A DNA stretch of 64,000 nucleotides from Zancudomyces culisetae HAW-14-8 (GCA_052426225.1 JBNJNM010000006.1:620001-684000), one strand, 5' to 3'; numbered from the stretch's first letter, positions 38,520 to 56,280 are shown. The notes: generated by a model from the sequence alone, not told the origin. Program-made: numbers and translations.

Positions 38520-40275
38520 TTGCTAAACTGTTCTCTAATTGGTCTTCAGTTTGTTTTTTTTATGAAAAAAAAAGGTCTTTGTTATTGTTATATTGTCGAT
38601 TTAATTTTCTAATATTCGCAAAAATAAAACATAATGTACATACAAAGAGCGAGTAAAGTCGGACTTTATGAAAGGAAAAAAAAACAAATTTTTTGAATAT
38701 GTAGCTAATGATTAGCTACTTGGTGGGAGGCGGAGTGTTCTAACCTACTAGTATGACTCACCATCGCTAAAGTTTCTTTGTTTACTATACCACCATAAGC
38801 TCTAAAGTTGGTTTTTTCGGATTAGGTCGGTCCATCTCTTTTAGATACTTGTTTGCGCATTGGTTCCGTTGCATCAGTTTTTTGTCTAAAAATTGATAAC
38901 AAAAGCATTTCTATTTGATACTCGGGGAATTTTTTATTTTTGCTAATCTGAAAGTTCGTTGAAATTAGTCTAAATTAAATTAAGAGGGCAAATCAAGGTA
39001 GCCTGTTCTTTTTAAGGTTTGTAAATTTTAAATAACTATATAATTTTCAATTGGTACGAAATTTAGGCTATAGGCAAATACACGCAAAACTTAAAGTTGC
39101 TAATCACAAACGTTGCAAATAGACTTATTTAATTGGGAGAGTCATGATAGTGATATTGGAGGCGTAAAGAAGAGTAAAAAGAACTATTGATCAACTTTGG
39201 TTGGGCCAGCCCACTACACAACGGACTCGGCCAATTCTCGGCAAAGGATATTATACATCAAGGTGACAGAGAAGAGTCTAGTAGGCTACGCAGTTTTCCC
39301 ATATAATCAAAAAAATAAAACGAAGCAAGCAGCGAACAAGTCAGGAGTATCAATGATATAATACGTGGTTTTGTGTAATTTAGTGTTATTTTGGTATGGT
39401 TTTAGTTTTTTCGAGCATTATGTGGAATGTTGACTATCTTGAAATACAAACTCAGGAAGGATACAATAGCGGTATTTTTTTAGCGTTTGTGAGACTATTG
39501 ATTAAAAATCAAGCATAATTTATTTTTGACGATAATATGTAACAACACCATTAATTATAAAGGCGGATTGGTACAAGAAAAAAAAGAGTAATAAATGCAG
39601 ACAAAGGTAAATATTGCCGAATATTGGAAAAGAAAATAATTCGGCATTAACCCTTTATGTTAGGTACAAAAAACACTAGACTGTGCAATATACTGGACAA
39701 GTTCCGGCAAAAATAGTAGCGAAAAAAAATAAGGTTTAGAACAAATATTGAATCTGTAAATGGCAATTAGAAGATTTGAGAACGATAAATACAGAACAAG
39801 GTACAAACGCTCAACGGGCTAAAAATGAGCAGCAGGTTGGGAATTTAAATTTAAATATACTATATCCAAGATAGAATGCCAAGGCTCTCCTGCTTAAAAT
39901 ATAAAGCAAAAGTGAAAAGAGCACGAAGAAAACATACAAAATTAACGATTGAGGCGATACTAGTGTGAGGACCCAAATTGTTTAAATTATAGGAGAAAAA
40001 AACTTTCACCTTTTTAGTCGACGATACATAAACTTTTAATTTCGGGATTTCGCTCTGAAAAACAACAAAAAGTGAGAAAACTAACGGACAAGGAAAAAGG
40101 GTGCAAGTTGGGCAATTATACTGCAACAATTTCCAAACAGAACCGTATATATAAATAATATATATATATACATATTGTGAAAAAAAAGTATAGCTATTAA
40201 AGTGGCATTGGATTTAAGTCCAGAAAAGCTTGTCCAAAAACCACGATTGGGCAGTGCGGTAAAAAGTGAATAGAA

Positions 40276-43200
40276 ATGTCCTTTAGCAATATATTTACTA
40301 GTAAAAAACACCTACAAGGGACAACTTCAGACGAGCGGGTAAAGGGATACAAGAATAGTAATACTAATGTTGGTCTTGGTGATTATGGGATGAGTAAGGA
40401 GGGCTCGGAACTACAATATCAGGGCGGTACTAGAATTGCAAATATGAATAATAAATTGATTTGGGAGCTAAAGGATGTTATACAATGGTTAGAAGACAGC
40501 CATTTTAACAAATTTATCAACGCATTTAAAGGTAAGATTGAATTAGTTGTTATATAGTAGTTATTCAAGTTATCAAATACCTGCTTTGTGAGTGAACCGT
40601 CACAATGGTTCATCGGTGCAAATGCATACAGTTTAATATCGAAAAAAAACATTAAGTATTTAGAAATACAACTTAAAATACATTTTTTTTAACAAAAAAA
40701 AACGCTGCTCTAACCACACTTAATTTCATGTTAAATAAAACGTTCAAATAGAGAAAAGAATCAAGGGGGTAAAGTTTTACAAAATAAATGAAGAAAAGCT
40801 ACGGGCAATGAATATCGAAGGAGGTGTAACGAGTCAAGAATGCCGGCAGTTAGAGGAGTCTATAAAAAAATTACGTAGTATGAACAAAGCTGAAATCAAA
40901 GAACTCGCGGCTATGGAAAAACTAGAGCGCTCGAATAGATCGGCCAAGCTGAGGACAGGCCCTAGGAAGGATTCACAGTGGAAAGTGCTGCAAAACATGT
41001 CACTTGAAAGCATGAAAAAATCATATTTTCCATTATATGATGTTAAGAACGATCAATTGCCGACAATTTCTGATGAAGTTTTATCTGGAGTGTTGAATGG
41101 TAGTAACGCCACCAGTGATAGTTTTGGAACTTCTGAGAGAATGATGCATAGTGTCGCATCTACAAGCTCAGAAAGGACACATTTAGACAGCGTTGGTAAA
41201 AAACATCCGCAAATGGGACAAATAAATACTTCTGGGAGGTTTACAAGTAGCCCGGATGAGAGCAGCGTTAAAAGAGAAGCTACACAAGAAAGCTCGCGTG
41301 AAAACACTAGTGGTTCTCTGAGCATTTCTCAGACACCTACTAAACAAGTACCTGAGGACGGAATGGGCACAAAGTCAAGTGTGTTTTCAGAAAAGGCATA
41401 CGACTTGAAAGATTATGGTGGTAGTGTTTTATTTAAACCCAGCGAGTATAAGGCAGAGCATGGTGATTTTCTACATAGCAGCGACCCAGAATTTAACTCA
41501 CAAAACGCCAATGGGAGGATGGAATTAGTTCATAGGGGTGTTGAAAGTGTTTCCAAGGGTACTGCGCAGTTAGAACAGGAAAAATTCGGTAAAGATTATC
41601 ATAGTTATTTCAGACAAAAGATAAATGAAAATATATCTGATGCAGAGGATGCGGAAGATTATAAGGGAGGTAAACAATCAGAATACAGAGATAAGGTTAT
41701 TTTTTCACCTAATTGGCCAGAAGAATCAGCGAGTAAGCTACGAAGATATGACATAAACAGAGGGTTAGAAAAAGCGGGCGGAAATTCTGAAGGTAGTGCT
41801 AGATTGGTGGCAACAGGAGACAAAAATGGGTCTGTGTATTCAGCGAGTAGTCTGCCCAAAAGGTTAAGAGGAAGCAAGACTATGGGATTTGTTTCATCAA
41901 GATATAGGGATACCGCTGGTATTGGTGGTGGAGATGGCTATAATGATGATAATTTTGTTTCAACTACACCATATGTTTACCATACTGGATTCGAGAATAA
42001 AACTGCTAAAAGTCAACATCATATGGATAGAAATTCAAGAGTAGGACAAAGTAGGGTTGATTTTCTTGATTTAGAACTAACCCATAGACCAATTTCTTCG
42101 ATGAAAAATAACTCTTTACAAGAAAGGCAAGTTTATGAGGGAGAAACAAATATCAAAACAGAAAACCTAGAAACCAATTTGGCGAATGACAAGAGTTACG
42201 AGGGTGTAGAATTCAAAACAGATATTCAGGAGAATTTTCCAGTTATGCGAAAATTTTCGTGTGGTGTAGTGCAAGTCTTTGATGCACCTCTGTTGGACAG
42301 TGACTCGGAGTACAACCAGGAGCAGAACAGTGGTAGTGACGGATACCAGGATTGGTCTGCTAGACCCAGTCCTGCGGTTGATGTTGATTCTGATGTAAGC
42401 GAGCATGATGATAGTCAACCGCATAAACCAACAGTTTTAACACAAAATAAACACGCTGGATTGAAAGTGGTAGCTAAAAATGCACTAAAGAGTTTCAAGA
42501 ACAGTGCGGATTCTCGGTCAAACCTTCAAAAAAGTAATGATGATCAAGTTGAAAAAGCAAAAGTGAAGATGAGAGTTGACACTGATGTTGGATTCACAAA
42601 CAGTGAAGTTAACACAGAAAAAAACACAGGAAAGAGTTCGGAACAAACCAACACGGAGGGCATAGTTAGCTCAACGTCAATAAAAGGTATGCAGGGAGCA
42701 GCCATACTGAAGAATTCGCCAGGTTTTGGACAGGAATTCGTGTCTCCGGGTTTGGAAACCGCCGTATCGGCAGATAAAGGAGTAAATCCTGTGGTTCTTC
42801 CAAAAACCCGACCAAAGAAAAATAGGTTTCAAATGCTTAGTAAAGGACTAAATATTACAACGCGGCTGGAAGAGGACAGTAACGAAACCAAGAATAGGGG
42901 AGCGGACAGTATTATGAAGAAATTGGAGCTTTTGGTGGGATTGGAAGCGCAGTTAAGCTCAAGTCGCGAGGGGTCAGCCACGACCGGTATAAGACAGAGC
43001 ACTAGTTTTACGAGTGATATCGATACATATGAACGGTCGGGCACGCCCAAAAGATACAATGGAGCTGAAAGCGGCCGGAGTGACAGGTATAGAGATTGGC
43101 AACAAAACGCTTATCCCCAACGAACAGGTGTCTTGGAAAGCGCGAGAGATAGGAATAAACTGTACCAATATCAAAAGGGAATAACATCGGCGCATTCCTG

Positions 43201-46200
43201 GAAAAACTTTTCCCCAAACAACACTGGATATAGCGCTCAGCTTTATTCTGCTGAACAACAATACTCGAGCCCCAGAACTGGTGGGTTTATGGAATGGAAA
43301 GTTTCTTCGACACCAATGTATAAACAGCAGGAAATTATGGAAGATCGGCCCAGTCGAGGGCAGGTAGGAAAGATAATACCAGAACCAAACACTTCAAGTG
43401 GCGATAAATCGAGTAAGACACAGATGGTTAGAACAGCTGGTGGAACTAACAGCATATACATGAGCGACAACAAGACATCAGAAACAGGGTATGATTCTGG
43501 TGAACTGAGCTCACCAAGTACATCGTTGAAGCGGTCACCTAATGTCAGAAGGAAAAGATTTGGAATGGCAAGTTCCGAGCATATTCCTGGTGTATCTCAC
43601 ACAGAAAACACACAGGCAGACGCCTCAGAGTCGCCATCCGCACAACCATTTAGTAGTATTGTGTTTGCAAGAATAGGAATGAATTCAACAGATATGCATC
43701 CGATAGATATTGAGAGGTTCAAAGATGAAGTAAGTAAAGGAGTGGCAGTTGATGAAACTTTGTTTATTGAAGAGGTTATCTCACAGTTGACGGGTGGGTA
43801 CTATGATGTGTCGCGAATAAACAAAGAGGAGTATATGGTGTGTCTGCTAGACGAAGTTGGAAGGGTAGAAATGGTTAATCTGAATAATGAAGAGATTTTA
43901 GCTGTGCTGCGGAAATCCGGCCAAAAGAATTCGGCACGGTTTGCAATCTGCCACCAAAGCGAAAAAGTGCATAGTAGATACAAGTCGCAGAAATATAGCT
44001 CTTTTAGCCCTGGCGCTGGTATAGATGCTAGCGTAAATGATATTAATGCCGATGGCAGAGCACGAGGTGTAGGGAATGGTGTGTTTCAAACTGATAGGGA
44101 CACAAAAAAGGGTCATTCTCGATCACCATTTCCTGTTCCAAGTACATATACCTCATTACAGCAACAACAGCCATCATTTCTACAACAGGGTGGAATGATG
44201 GATACTTCTGAATCGGATGAAGAAAGTGCGCATGTTTCAAGCAAGTACAATCCTCAACAACAACATTCTGCGTCATCTTCGCCACTGTACTCACTAGCGC
44301 GGAATTGCAATGCACTCGTTGACAAGTCGGCCGAGTCATCTGATGATATTAAAGTTAAAGAACGTGTAAGAGCTGAACAAAGCAAGCCAGCATCAGGCTT
44401 TGAAGCAAGTAGCCAGAATATTAGAGACGATGTTTACTTTGGTACAGATTCCAACTTTAATGCGAACAACATATATAATGATAAAATTGATAACTCTGGG
44501 GCTGTGGATTCTGGAAACTCGGATTCAGAATACACTACAGAAACAGAAAATTCTTCGGATGTGCATATAAGCGAAACGTATCCACCATTGACTATCAAAA
44601 ACGTTGAGCTTCAAAAATATGGGTCTAAAAACGCAAATAAGCTCCAAATTATCAACGAAGATGATGGAGAAAACAGTATCAACAACGATGTCGGCATAAC
44701 CGAGCAGCCGTATTCAAAGAACGATACTGCACCTAGAAATAAATCTCAAACAGGTATCAGACTGAAAGCACTCACAGGTCTTAAGGCGGATGCACTGCAT
44801 AATGCTACAAGAATTTCTGTTTTTAATAGGAAGATGATGACTGCAGACCCAACGTTTAAAGCTATATCTAGATCTGGATACAATGAAGGCCAATCGTTTT
44901 TACCTAATACTAATGCTTGGAAAATGCCAGCATACTTGGAGGACCAGCATGATCCAACATCAGCCTTGGATAGAACCGAGAGCGATCCAATAGTCATGAA
45001 AAATGATGATATGTTCGAGTATGAAGGTGGTTTAAATAGCGATAGAAGTATTAGGAATGTAAGGAGGTCCACTGATAGCGATGCTGAGGATTATAGTCCT
45101 GAAAATGGAAATGGAGATGAAGATGGAGATGAATATGAAAATAGAAATCAAAATATGGATGATGGTAGGTATAACACAAGGAAAGCACCAGGTTTACTAA
45201 CAAAGAGTAAGTCGGAAGCAAACATCGGCACAATTTCGAGACGAAACCAATCACAGATGAAAAGAAATTTGCGCATGGGTGTGAGTGGCCTTCCAAAGCC
45301 CATGACTACAGAGGACGACTCGGAGTTGGAGCTTAATTTCAACGCTATCGCAGATAAACTTGGTATTTCAGAAGACGCTATTAAGACCTGGAAAAATAAC
45401 AACTTATTGTATCCAGGGACTAGAGCCACATTAATGGAAAGTCGGCCATCCAAAAACCAGATAGTCAGGCCGAGCGCCAATCTGATTGCGGCGGATTTGG
45501 ATCTATTCTTTCCAGGCCACGACTTTGATCAGCCAGTAGTTGAAACCATTGAGTTTCCGATACCAATTTTGTCAGATGGGGAGGATGGTAGCGCTGAAAC
45601 GAATGAAAACGGCAGTCTTGTTGGAAAAAGCAAATACCATCATATCGAAACAAGCGAATACAATAGCCATGGCCAGAGTAACGAGGTACCGCAACAGTAT
45701 AGCAGTGGGACAACATCTGCAGCAGCAGGCGGTGGTGTTGGTTATTACCAGGCATATATTAACAACCAGGACAATTTGAATATAGAACAACCGACGGCAA
45801 TGCCAACGTCGTCCATAGTAGGGATGCAGCAAGGTGGCGATTCGTGTGATACTTTTGATTCTGAGCACAATCCAGTCCTCGGAATACCAAAAGAGGTTGC
45901 TAATCCTTCATCACACATCGATCCTACAAACACTGAAAATCCGGCATTAGCAGACAACGCTCATTCGAACAGTTTCAGCCGAACAACAACGACGTCATCA
46001 TCATATTCGAGAAACAGATCCGCTAATGATCTTGAGCAGGCAGCAATGACAGTCACAAGTGAAAGTACCAATGATGGCAGCAACGGCGGGAGTGTTGTGG
46101 ATGTCCACAACAGAGACTTGCAAAATAAAATGATAAAAGTCGGTGTTACAGTAACTCGTGGGAGGAGTCTTCGGGCGGTCGTTCAAGAAACTCAGCGACG

Positions 46201-47998
46201 CAGAGACTTACTGCAAATGGGTGTGCAGAATTTGGAACAAGGATCAGAATCTACCGCGAGATACAGCAATATTAAACCATCCACTGCCTCTCGTACCAAT
46301 GAGCAAGACCAGCGGCAGGAGCTAAACTCATCACAGAGAAGCCTGCAAAACGATGATTTATCAGCTGTCAAAAATGGTTCTAACCAAGTACCATCCAGCG
46401 TGGGCAATAGTGGAGACGATGGTGGTAATGGTGATAGAAGTGGAGAAAATGGAATGACTCTTGAGCAGGGTAAGCTAGGTTCAACTGATCTAAGTTCATT
46501 CAGCTCTGGTGGTAGCCAGAACGTTAACAAATATCGATTATCCACAAAGTTATGGGGGCTAGTCCCTCAAGAAGTACCACCCGTTCGATCTTCTAAGGAT
46601 TTGAAGATATCTGATATCAGCTATTCTCGACTAAAAGACCTTGCTTCCAAAGATGAACAGCTATTTAAGAAGCGCTCAAGCCGCCAACCACAACAATACC
46701 CAGGTCAAAGTGGTGTGCCTCCAGCATCTGCCAAATACACTAATAATGGCAAGATCGATCTTTCTATTGCTTCACCTAGCTCTGGGCTGAATGAGCCTAC
46801 AATGGACCACCAACTAATCATACGCAGAGCCTTATCATTAATCAAAAAACCCAACCCACAAACCAAAGATGAACTTGCTCTTGTTGATGAGGCTGTAAAA
46901 GCCATGAAATCAAGTTCTAGTCATATGAAAAAGCGACCAATGCATCTCAGGTCACTTACAACAGCTCAGCATGCGTCATTATTGGCCAGAAGGTTTGTTA
47001 ACTCGCAGAATCAAGAACAGGGTGAGATAAATACAGATAGAAAGCCACTACACAACAACATAAATACATCTACGATTGACCCCAATAGTAATGATCCTAA
47101 TGTCTTTCTAGAAAAATTCGGTTTATCGGAAGCCCAAACCAAGATTCAGTGGATCAAAGGTAGGTTGATTGGCAAAGGGTCGTTTGGACAGGTGTATTTG
47201 GCACTTAATGTGCTGACTTGTGAAGTTATTGCAGTAAAGCAAATAGCCATGCCATCGCTAGGCTCTTCTTCACGCAAATTGAAGAAAAAAGAATCAACAA
47301 TGCTGAGACAGCTATATATGGAAATCGAGCTACTGAAAGATTTGGATCATCCAAATATTGTTCAGTATTTAGGTTTTGAGATGAATGCATCAACTATGAA
47401 CATATTTTTGGAGTATGTCGCAGGAGGTACCATTAGCTCGCTCATTCTGCAGCATGGACCGTTATACGAAGAAGTGATATTCTCATTTTTGAATCAAATT
47501 CTCAATGGATTAGCATATCTGCACGCCCGAAAAATTTTGCACAGAGACATCAAAAGTGCCAATATCCTGGTAGAAGAAAGTGGGATATGCAAAATTAGCG
47601 ATTTTGGAATATCGAAAAGAAACGACTATTCACTAGCATATGACACAAACTCGCGTATGTCTGTAAAAGGTTCGATATTCTGGATGGCGCCTGAAGTGAT
47701 TAAGGGCTCTAGATACTCGGCCAAAGTCGATATTTGGTCACTTGGCTGTGTACTTGTGGAAATGTGGTCGGGAAGGCGACCATGGTATGGATTTGATACC
47801 GTCCAGGCAATGTTCAAACTGGGTGCAGGAATTGGACCACCATTGCCTAGTGACTTGCCACCCGAAGGAATCGATTTCTGTAAGAGGTGCCTGATGTCCG
47901 ACCCTACCGATAGACCAACTGCCAAGGAGCTGTTACAGAGCACGTTTGCTCAACCACCTGAAAATTATGACTATTCCAACTTTTATGGGAATTATTGA
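40276..47998 (+). CDS. BCK1: MAP kinase kinase kinase, Bck1/Mkh1-like, with N-terminal SAM domain (about 2500 aa); exons 40276-40531, 40752-47998
   Basis: C-terminal kinase WIKGRLIGKGSFGQVYLALN..AVKQ..LKDLDHPNIVQYLG..HRDIKSANIL..DFG..GSIFWMAPEV. Bck1-type motif RPSANLIAADLDLFFPGHDFDQP. The SAM-like WELKDVIQWL..FINAFKEKRIKG..EKLRAM spans the intron. Confidence 0.88.
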
Positions 47999-48984
47999 TG
48001 TTTGGTTATAGCAATTTGTAACTATAACAGAAAATATGATGAAACTAGTGATGAACAGAGTAAGTGATACTAGTATAATGGCTACGGGAACCATGGGTAG
48101 AGAGGAGGAGGTAGTGATTTAGTCGGTTAGCTTTTTTTTTTTTTGAATTCTTTTTTATTTATTTGTTGGCTCTTTTTTTTGTAAAATAGAACTTATTTGT
48201 TTTTTAATCACTCTTTATTTTTCTTGTTCAATTCACTATTATGTGAGTTTAAATTTTGGTTTTTCAATACATCTGCTTTGATATACTTGCGTTTAACTCG
48301 AAACAAAAGGTAAGCTTAAAAAAACTAAAAGAAACAAAACAATATCAAATTAATAATTGGATGTATTACAGTATCCAATTGAAAATGCAAAATGCAAATG
48401 GAAATAAATAATTAAAGTAAATAAACATATCCAATAAAAATATGGAGTTGTTTTGATTAGCGATAATTTCATCAGTGATTTTCAGCAGTATTTAAAAGTT
48501 GCTTTGGAAAACAAGCATATAGCAGAGAAAAAATAAATGACTACTTACCTAACTATATTTTTTTTATTGACTTTTGAAAAAACAAAAGGGTATATAGAAA
48601 GAAAAAAAAACTAGCAAGAGTCGATTTTGGTTTGATTCCAAGTGAAAAAGTAAACAAAATAACAGAATAAATAAATATTCAGATACAACGTTGAACTGAA
48701 TCAATAAAATAAACACTCTTGTTACGTTTAGTATAATTGTATGGTATTTCTTTTTAAAAACTATAAGCAAGTAAATACTATTATATCCATTTTGCAAGAT
48801 AATAGATTTATAGCTAGACCTCCGTTTTTGACATCATATCAGAGAACACTGTAATTGTACGAGAAATAGCAAAAATATTATAATAAAATACACACACTTC
48901 ACACACGAAGCAAGATAGTATCGTTGTCTTTATAGAAACGCATATCTCAGGACATCCAACTAACAGAGAAAAGAAATAAAAGCG

Positions 48985-52024
<3,040 letters not shown>

Positions 52025-52292
52025 TACTTGTTTTTTCTTTTGATCTTGTTAGTCTTATACTTTTTCAATTATTATTATTAATATCCGTTATTATTTATTG
52101 TTTATTCACAGTTTTAAATGTAAACTACTACTACCTCTTCTTCCAAAACAGTTTTGCTAATTCACCTTTAGTTAATATAAGCTAACAAATACCATAAAAA
52201 AAGTACTATAACTAAGTACAATATACCGCCTTGCATTGCGATATATACAATGAGTTGTATAAATTTGCCTGGTATACCAATATGAACAGGCT

Positions 52293-53608
52293 TTATTCTG
52301 GACACCTTTTTACAGATAAAACGACGGTGTAGAATATAAATTTACTAAGCAGGCTGTAATAGGCAACATGATCTTCGTGCTCATCAAGTTGAACTCTTTC
52401 TGTATAAATATCGTTTAAAAACATTGCGACTTCATCCTCATTGGACTTACGAGGTACAAAGTATGCAAGAGTTTTCAACTTTTCGATGCTAAACACCTGT
52501 GCCTGGACCAGCTTGCGGAACGTAGATTCAAAGACTCTTCTAGTTATGATGTTTATATGTGGTGTGTATAGCTGTGTTGTATTTAGATACTTTTCTAGTG
52601 TCAATGAACTATCAAATACATTTCCAATTTTCCTAATCGCATTTGTAGCTCGGTACAAGTAGTTGTATACTGGATGTGTTTCAGAATACTTTTGAATAAA
52701 TTTCACAGTGATTTGGTAATAGTACCTCTTAATTGTGGGAAGATATCCCCCGCGACTAACTTTTAGCGCATACAACAACAAGAAAAGTCGTATGGCCATT
52801 GATTTAAAAAAGATTGGTGGGTTTATCCTGTGTTGCAGCGTGAGGAGTTTCATTGTTTGTACCAGTTCGGTACAAATTCTAGTCGTGTACCGGATCGCTG
52901 TTCCTACGATGTTAATATCCAGTTCTTTGCTGATAACATAGTGGAAATTGAGTTTGATCTGCGTTACTCCAGTAAAAGTAAATGCAATGGCATCAAGACC
53001 CAACTTTAATTTTGAATCTATGTGTATGTGTTTGTTTATGCTTTCACCACTGCTAATCTTTTCTACTCTCTCTATGTCTATTATCCTCCGAAGCTGTTGA
53101 TTAATGTGTTTAACATACTCAATTACAATCTGGGGCAGCTTTCCTTGAAGTTTAGAGCTGTCTTCTTCTGAGAGCACATTAAGGTGGAACTGATGAAGAT
53201 TATCGAGCATTTCATCCACACTTTTACTGTTTTTCATAGCACTGGCAAGAGAGCTATGTCCAAAATCATTTGTATTGTTTTTTGTAAAGTACCAGTTGGA
53301 GCCCATTAAGGGAAAAATAAGGTTATTTCGCGCGGATGAAATATCTGTTTTTACATATGTTACGCTCGACGTAAAGGTAGAGTAATAGTAGAGCCTAAAG
53401 ACCGGAATCATCAGCTCTTTAATGGCAACACCATCCTGTGCATTATCATTTGCTTTTACTAGCACTTTTTTTTTTAGAAATATATTGAAGGCTGTATCTA
53501 TTTGTTTTTACAAAAAGATACGGTTGCTAGTACAAATTCTCTTCTCTTCTCTTCTTCATCCTCCTCCTTCTCCTCCTCCTCCTCCTCCTTCTCGACCTTC
53601 TTCATCTT

Positions 53609-53644
<36 letters not shown>

Positions 53645-54283
53645 AAAAATCATGATTGTAAATATGCGTATTATATAAATCTTACTTAAACATAAATTTG
53701 CGCGACTAAAGTTTCCTGCACTAATAAGAGCTTTTGCAAGTGAAATACAGGCAACGCCGTCCATAATTGTATACTGCAATTTTTTTGATTCTAACCAGCT
53801 TAGCGCACAATCTAAATATTTATTAGCATATCTAAGTGAACCATTTTCCTTTGTAAGTAAAAGTTCCGAAAGTAGCTCTGCAAAGATGGCATCCTTCACG
53901 AACTTGTGTATCATTCCATTTTTTATCCCACGTTCGAGTTCTGTGAAATCGATATACGTGAGCACCCATAGTTCAGCGTCTTGCACATGAAAAAGTATAT
54001 CATAGTCTTGGGTGGTTATATCAGCGCGACTCCCATTACTCAACGTTATGAGCATATTCTCCCCTAGTTTTACATCAATAGTACATACCTTGTGATGTTA
54101 ATAAATTCTATGTTCATATGTGGTACATCAAAACTAAGCCGTTGAGGTACGCATTACTATATGTATTTATATGTGCGTGTTACCTTGCACACCGTTTATC
54201 AGTGAGCTATTGTGATCTTTATGGTCATGGACGGCTTTTCTAGACTCCTTTTCGGTAAAATTGACTATATATCTTAAATCCAT
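52293..54283 (-). CDS. Hypothetical protein (about 560 aa), possibly fungal transcription-factor middle-homology-like; exons 54283-54184, 54063-53686, 53497-52293
   Basis: The ORFs at 53642-54055 and 52293-53465 join in phase via GT-AG introns, with an ATG exon upstream. The sequence is helical and loosely resembles Fungal_trans regions. No DNA-binding domain was seen. Confidence 0.6.
53540..53643. repeat. Intronic microsatellites (CTT/CCT)n and (ACT)n
   Basis: Read directly; lies inside the predicted intron 53685-53498. Confidence 0.9.
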
Positions 54284-56280
54284 TCTGGCGTTACTTCAAT
54301 AACGAAAGGTGGTATTCAAGTGTTTATATAAGGATAATTTGATGTCTTTTGAAAACTTGTATTCCATAGGTGCAGTTTATTCGTTTTTATTGTTATCAAA
54401 GACCAAATATTCATATACGCGGGTATTTTATCTTTTCAGATTTAAATTAACTTGTATTTAATTCAGCAAAGTAGTAAAAGTAACAAAAAAGCCTGATTTT
54501 CTATAATAAGATACTACTATAAGCCTAGTGCTTTTTTTGCATATAACTTTGTTTATTTGGTTGGTATATTAGTGCCCCAAAAATAATTAAAAAAGTTCAA
54601 ATAAGAAAAGGTATGTACAAGTGATAACAATACTGTCCACAAGTGCTGCACCCCTTGCACTTAGAATTTCTGGGTTGAATTCTTGTCGACGTGGGTCGTG
54701 TTTTTGGCTTTTCTGAATGGCTTGGGGTGTATATCAAGTTTAAACAAGAAAAATACAAATTTTAACTAGTTGGTTACTCCGCACTGATAACTCTTGCCAA
54801 ACTTGGTAAAACATATAATGATCCAAATAGGCTGTAAATGCGAGCCGAGGGAAAAAAGAGACCCAAGTGATCACAATTTCATTATTAAAGCGAGGCACTG
54901 ATGGTGTCTTTTGTGTAAGTGAGAAGAAAATATATCACTAAGCTGCTGTATTTGGGAAAGGTCAATTTTTATACAGTGTTCCCTTTTTTATATGTCAGCT
55001 CCGAATTCAATTCGTGTATTAAAAGAAAAAAGAAAAGTAGAGAAAACAGAAAAGAACAGAATCGTACACTAGATATTTTCACCAAACCCCTTAGCGATAT
55101 TCCTCTCCACTATCAAACAAGTACCCGTGCTGAGTTTATAGCTTATTCATATTTATGACTTTTATTGGGTTGTTTAAACCCCATTGAGAGGATACATGAG
55201 CTTCAAATTAGCCGAAATCAAAAAACGCATATTACATTCTGAAAAGGAAAAATACTTGGTGGATTGTTTTTGTACCCAATATTCGTTCATCTTTGGCAGA
55301 GGATCATTTCAAGTTTGAAATATACATTAGCCAATCCCGAGAAATTTTTTCCTTAGTTCCTCCACAAGTTAATATATGAGGAAAGGTGGAACAGAAATAA
55401 AGAGGAAAATAGCCAATACGAGTAAAATCAAAATCAAAATCAAATGCATTTTTGGGGTTTGGTACAAGGTTAGAACATCTATAAAATATAAAATAAAAGC
55501 TTCTTTCTACTTCTCATTGCTCTGTTATTGCTAGGGTCCTTTTAATTCACCATTTTACTAAACCAATGTCATCACAAAGCTTGTTTGCAAACGCTAATCA
55601 CTTTTCTGCTCTGCCCTGCACAGATCTGATTTTATACAGCTCCTTCACCCAATAATATAAAATACGATGAGCAAATAATTGCTATCCAATTAGCTACGAA
55701 CTCAGGCGAATCGTTCAAGACATAATAAACATGCCATCCTGAATTTCTTTATGCACTTGTAATGCTAACCAAATCAAATCAAGCAAAATTTTGAAATTAG
55801 TGTCTTTGCATTAATAAATTGATGTGGTTCTTTATATTTTTACATTTTTTTTTTGATTTACTTGACAATAAGCCTATTGTTGCTGCGGAAGAAATGTTTC
55901 ATAATACTGCTCGCCGCAGCAAGTTTGTATTAAGATAAAGAGTAACAATATACATTTAATGAGTAATTAGTGAACAAAGCAGTTAAAGTCAAAACTGCTT
56001 GCTAAAAAAAAAGAATATAAAAGGGTGGCAAAAGTTGGGATTTCTTCAAGTGCAAAACAATTCAGAGCACTCCTAGGAACTACTCAACCTTGGCACTTAA
56101 GATTGGGTTTGATACACTCGCAGCTATGTAAAAAGACTGGTTTGTTGGGTATAGCAGGTCCTTTCTAGCATTTTTTTATTGTATTATAAAAATTTCAATA
56201 CAAAAGCATAAGCTTTATATAGAGTACGACAGTGGCAACTGGTCGTTTTTTTTCGCGCTTAGATTAGACAATAGTTCAGT

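Noticed and set aside
39267-39276. ACAGAGAAGA match to the U6 snRNA box
   Set aside because: It is not followed by TTAGCATGGCCCC and the flanks do not resemble U6.
54600-54740. Minus-strand Cys-rich reading (SKCKGCSTCGQYC) as the missing Zn-cluster exon of the TF-like gene
   Set aside because: The Cys spacing does not fit Zn2Cys6, and no start codon or in-phase splice connection was found.
55750-55765. tgcacttgta resembling the micro-ORF CTC core
   Set aside because: There is an in-frame stop just upstream and no GH or CVL residues.
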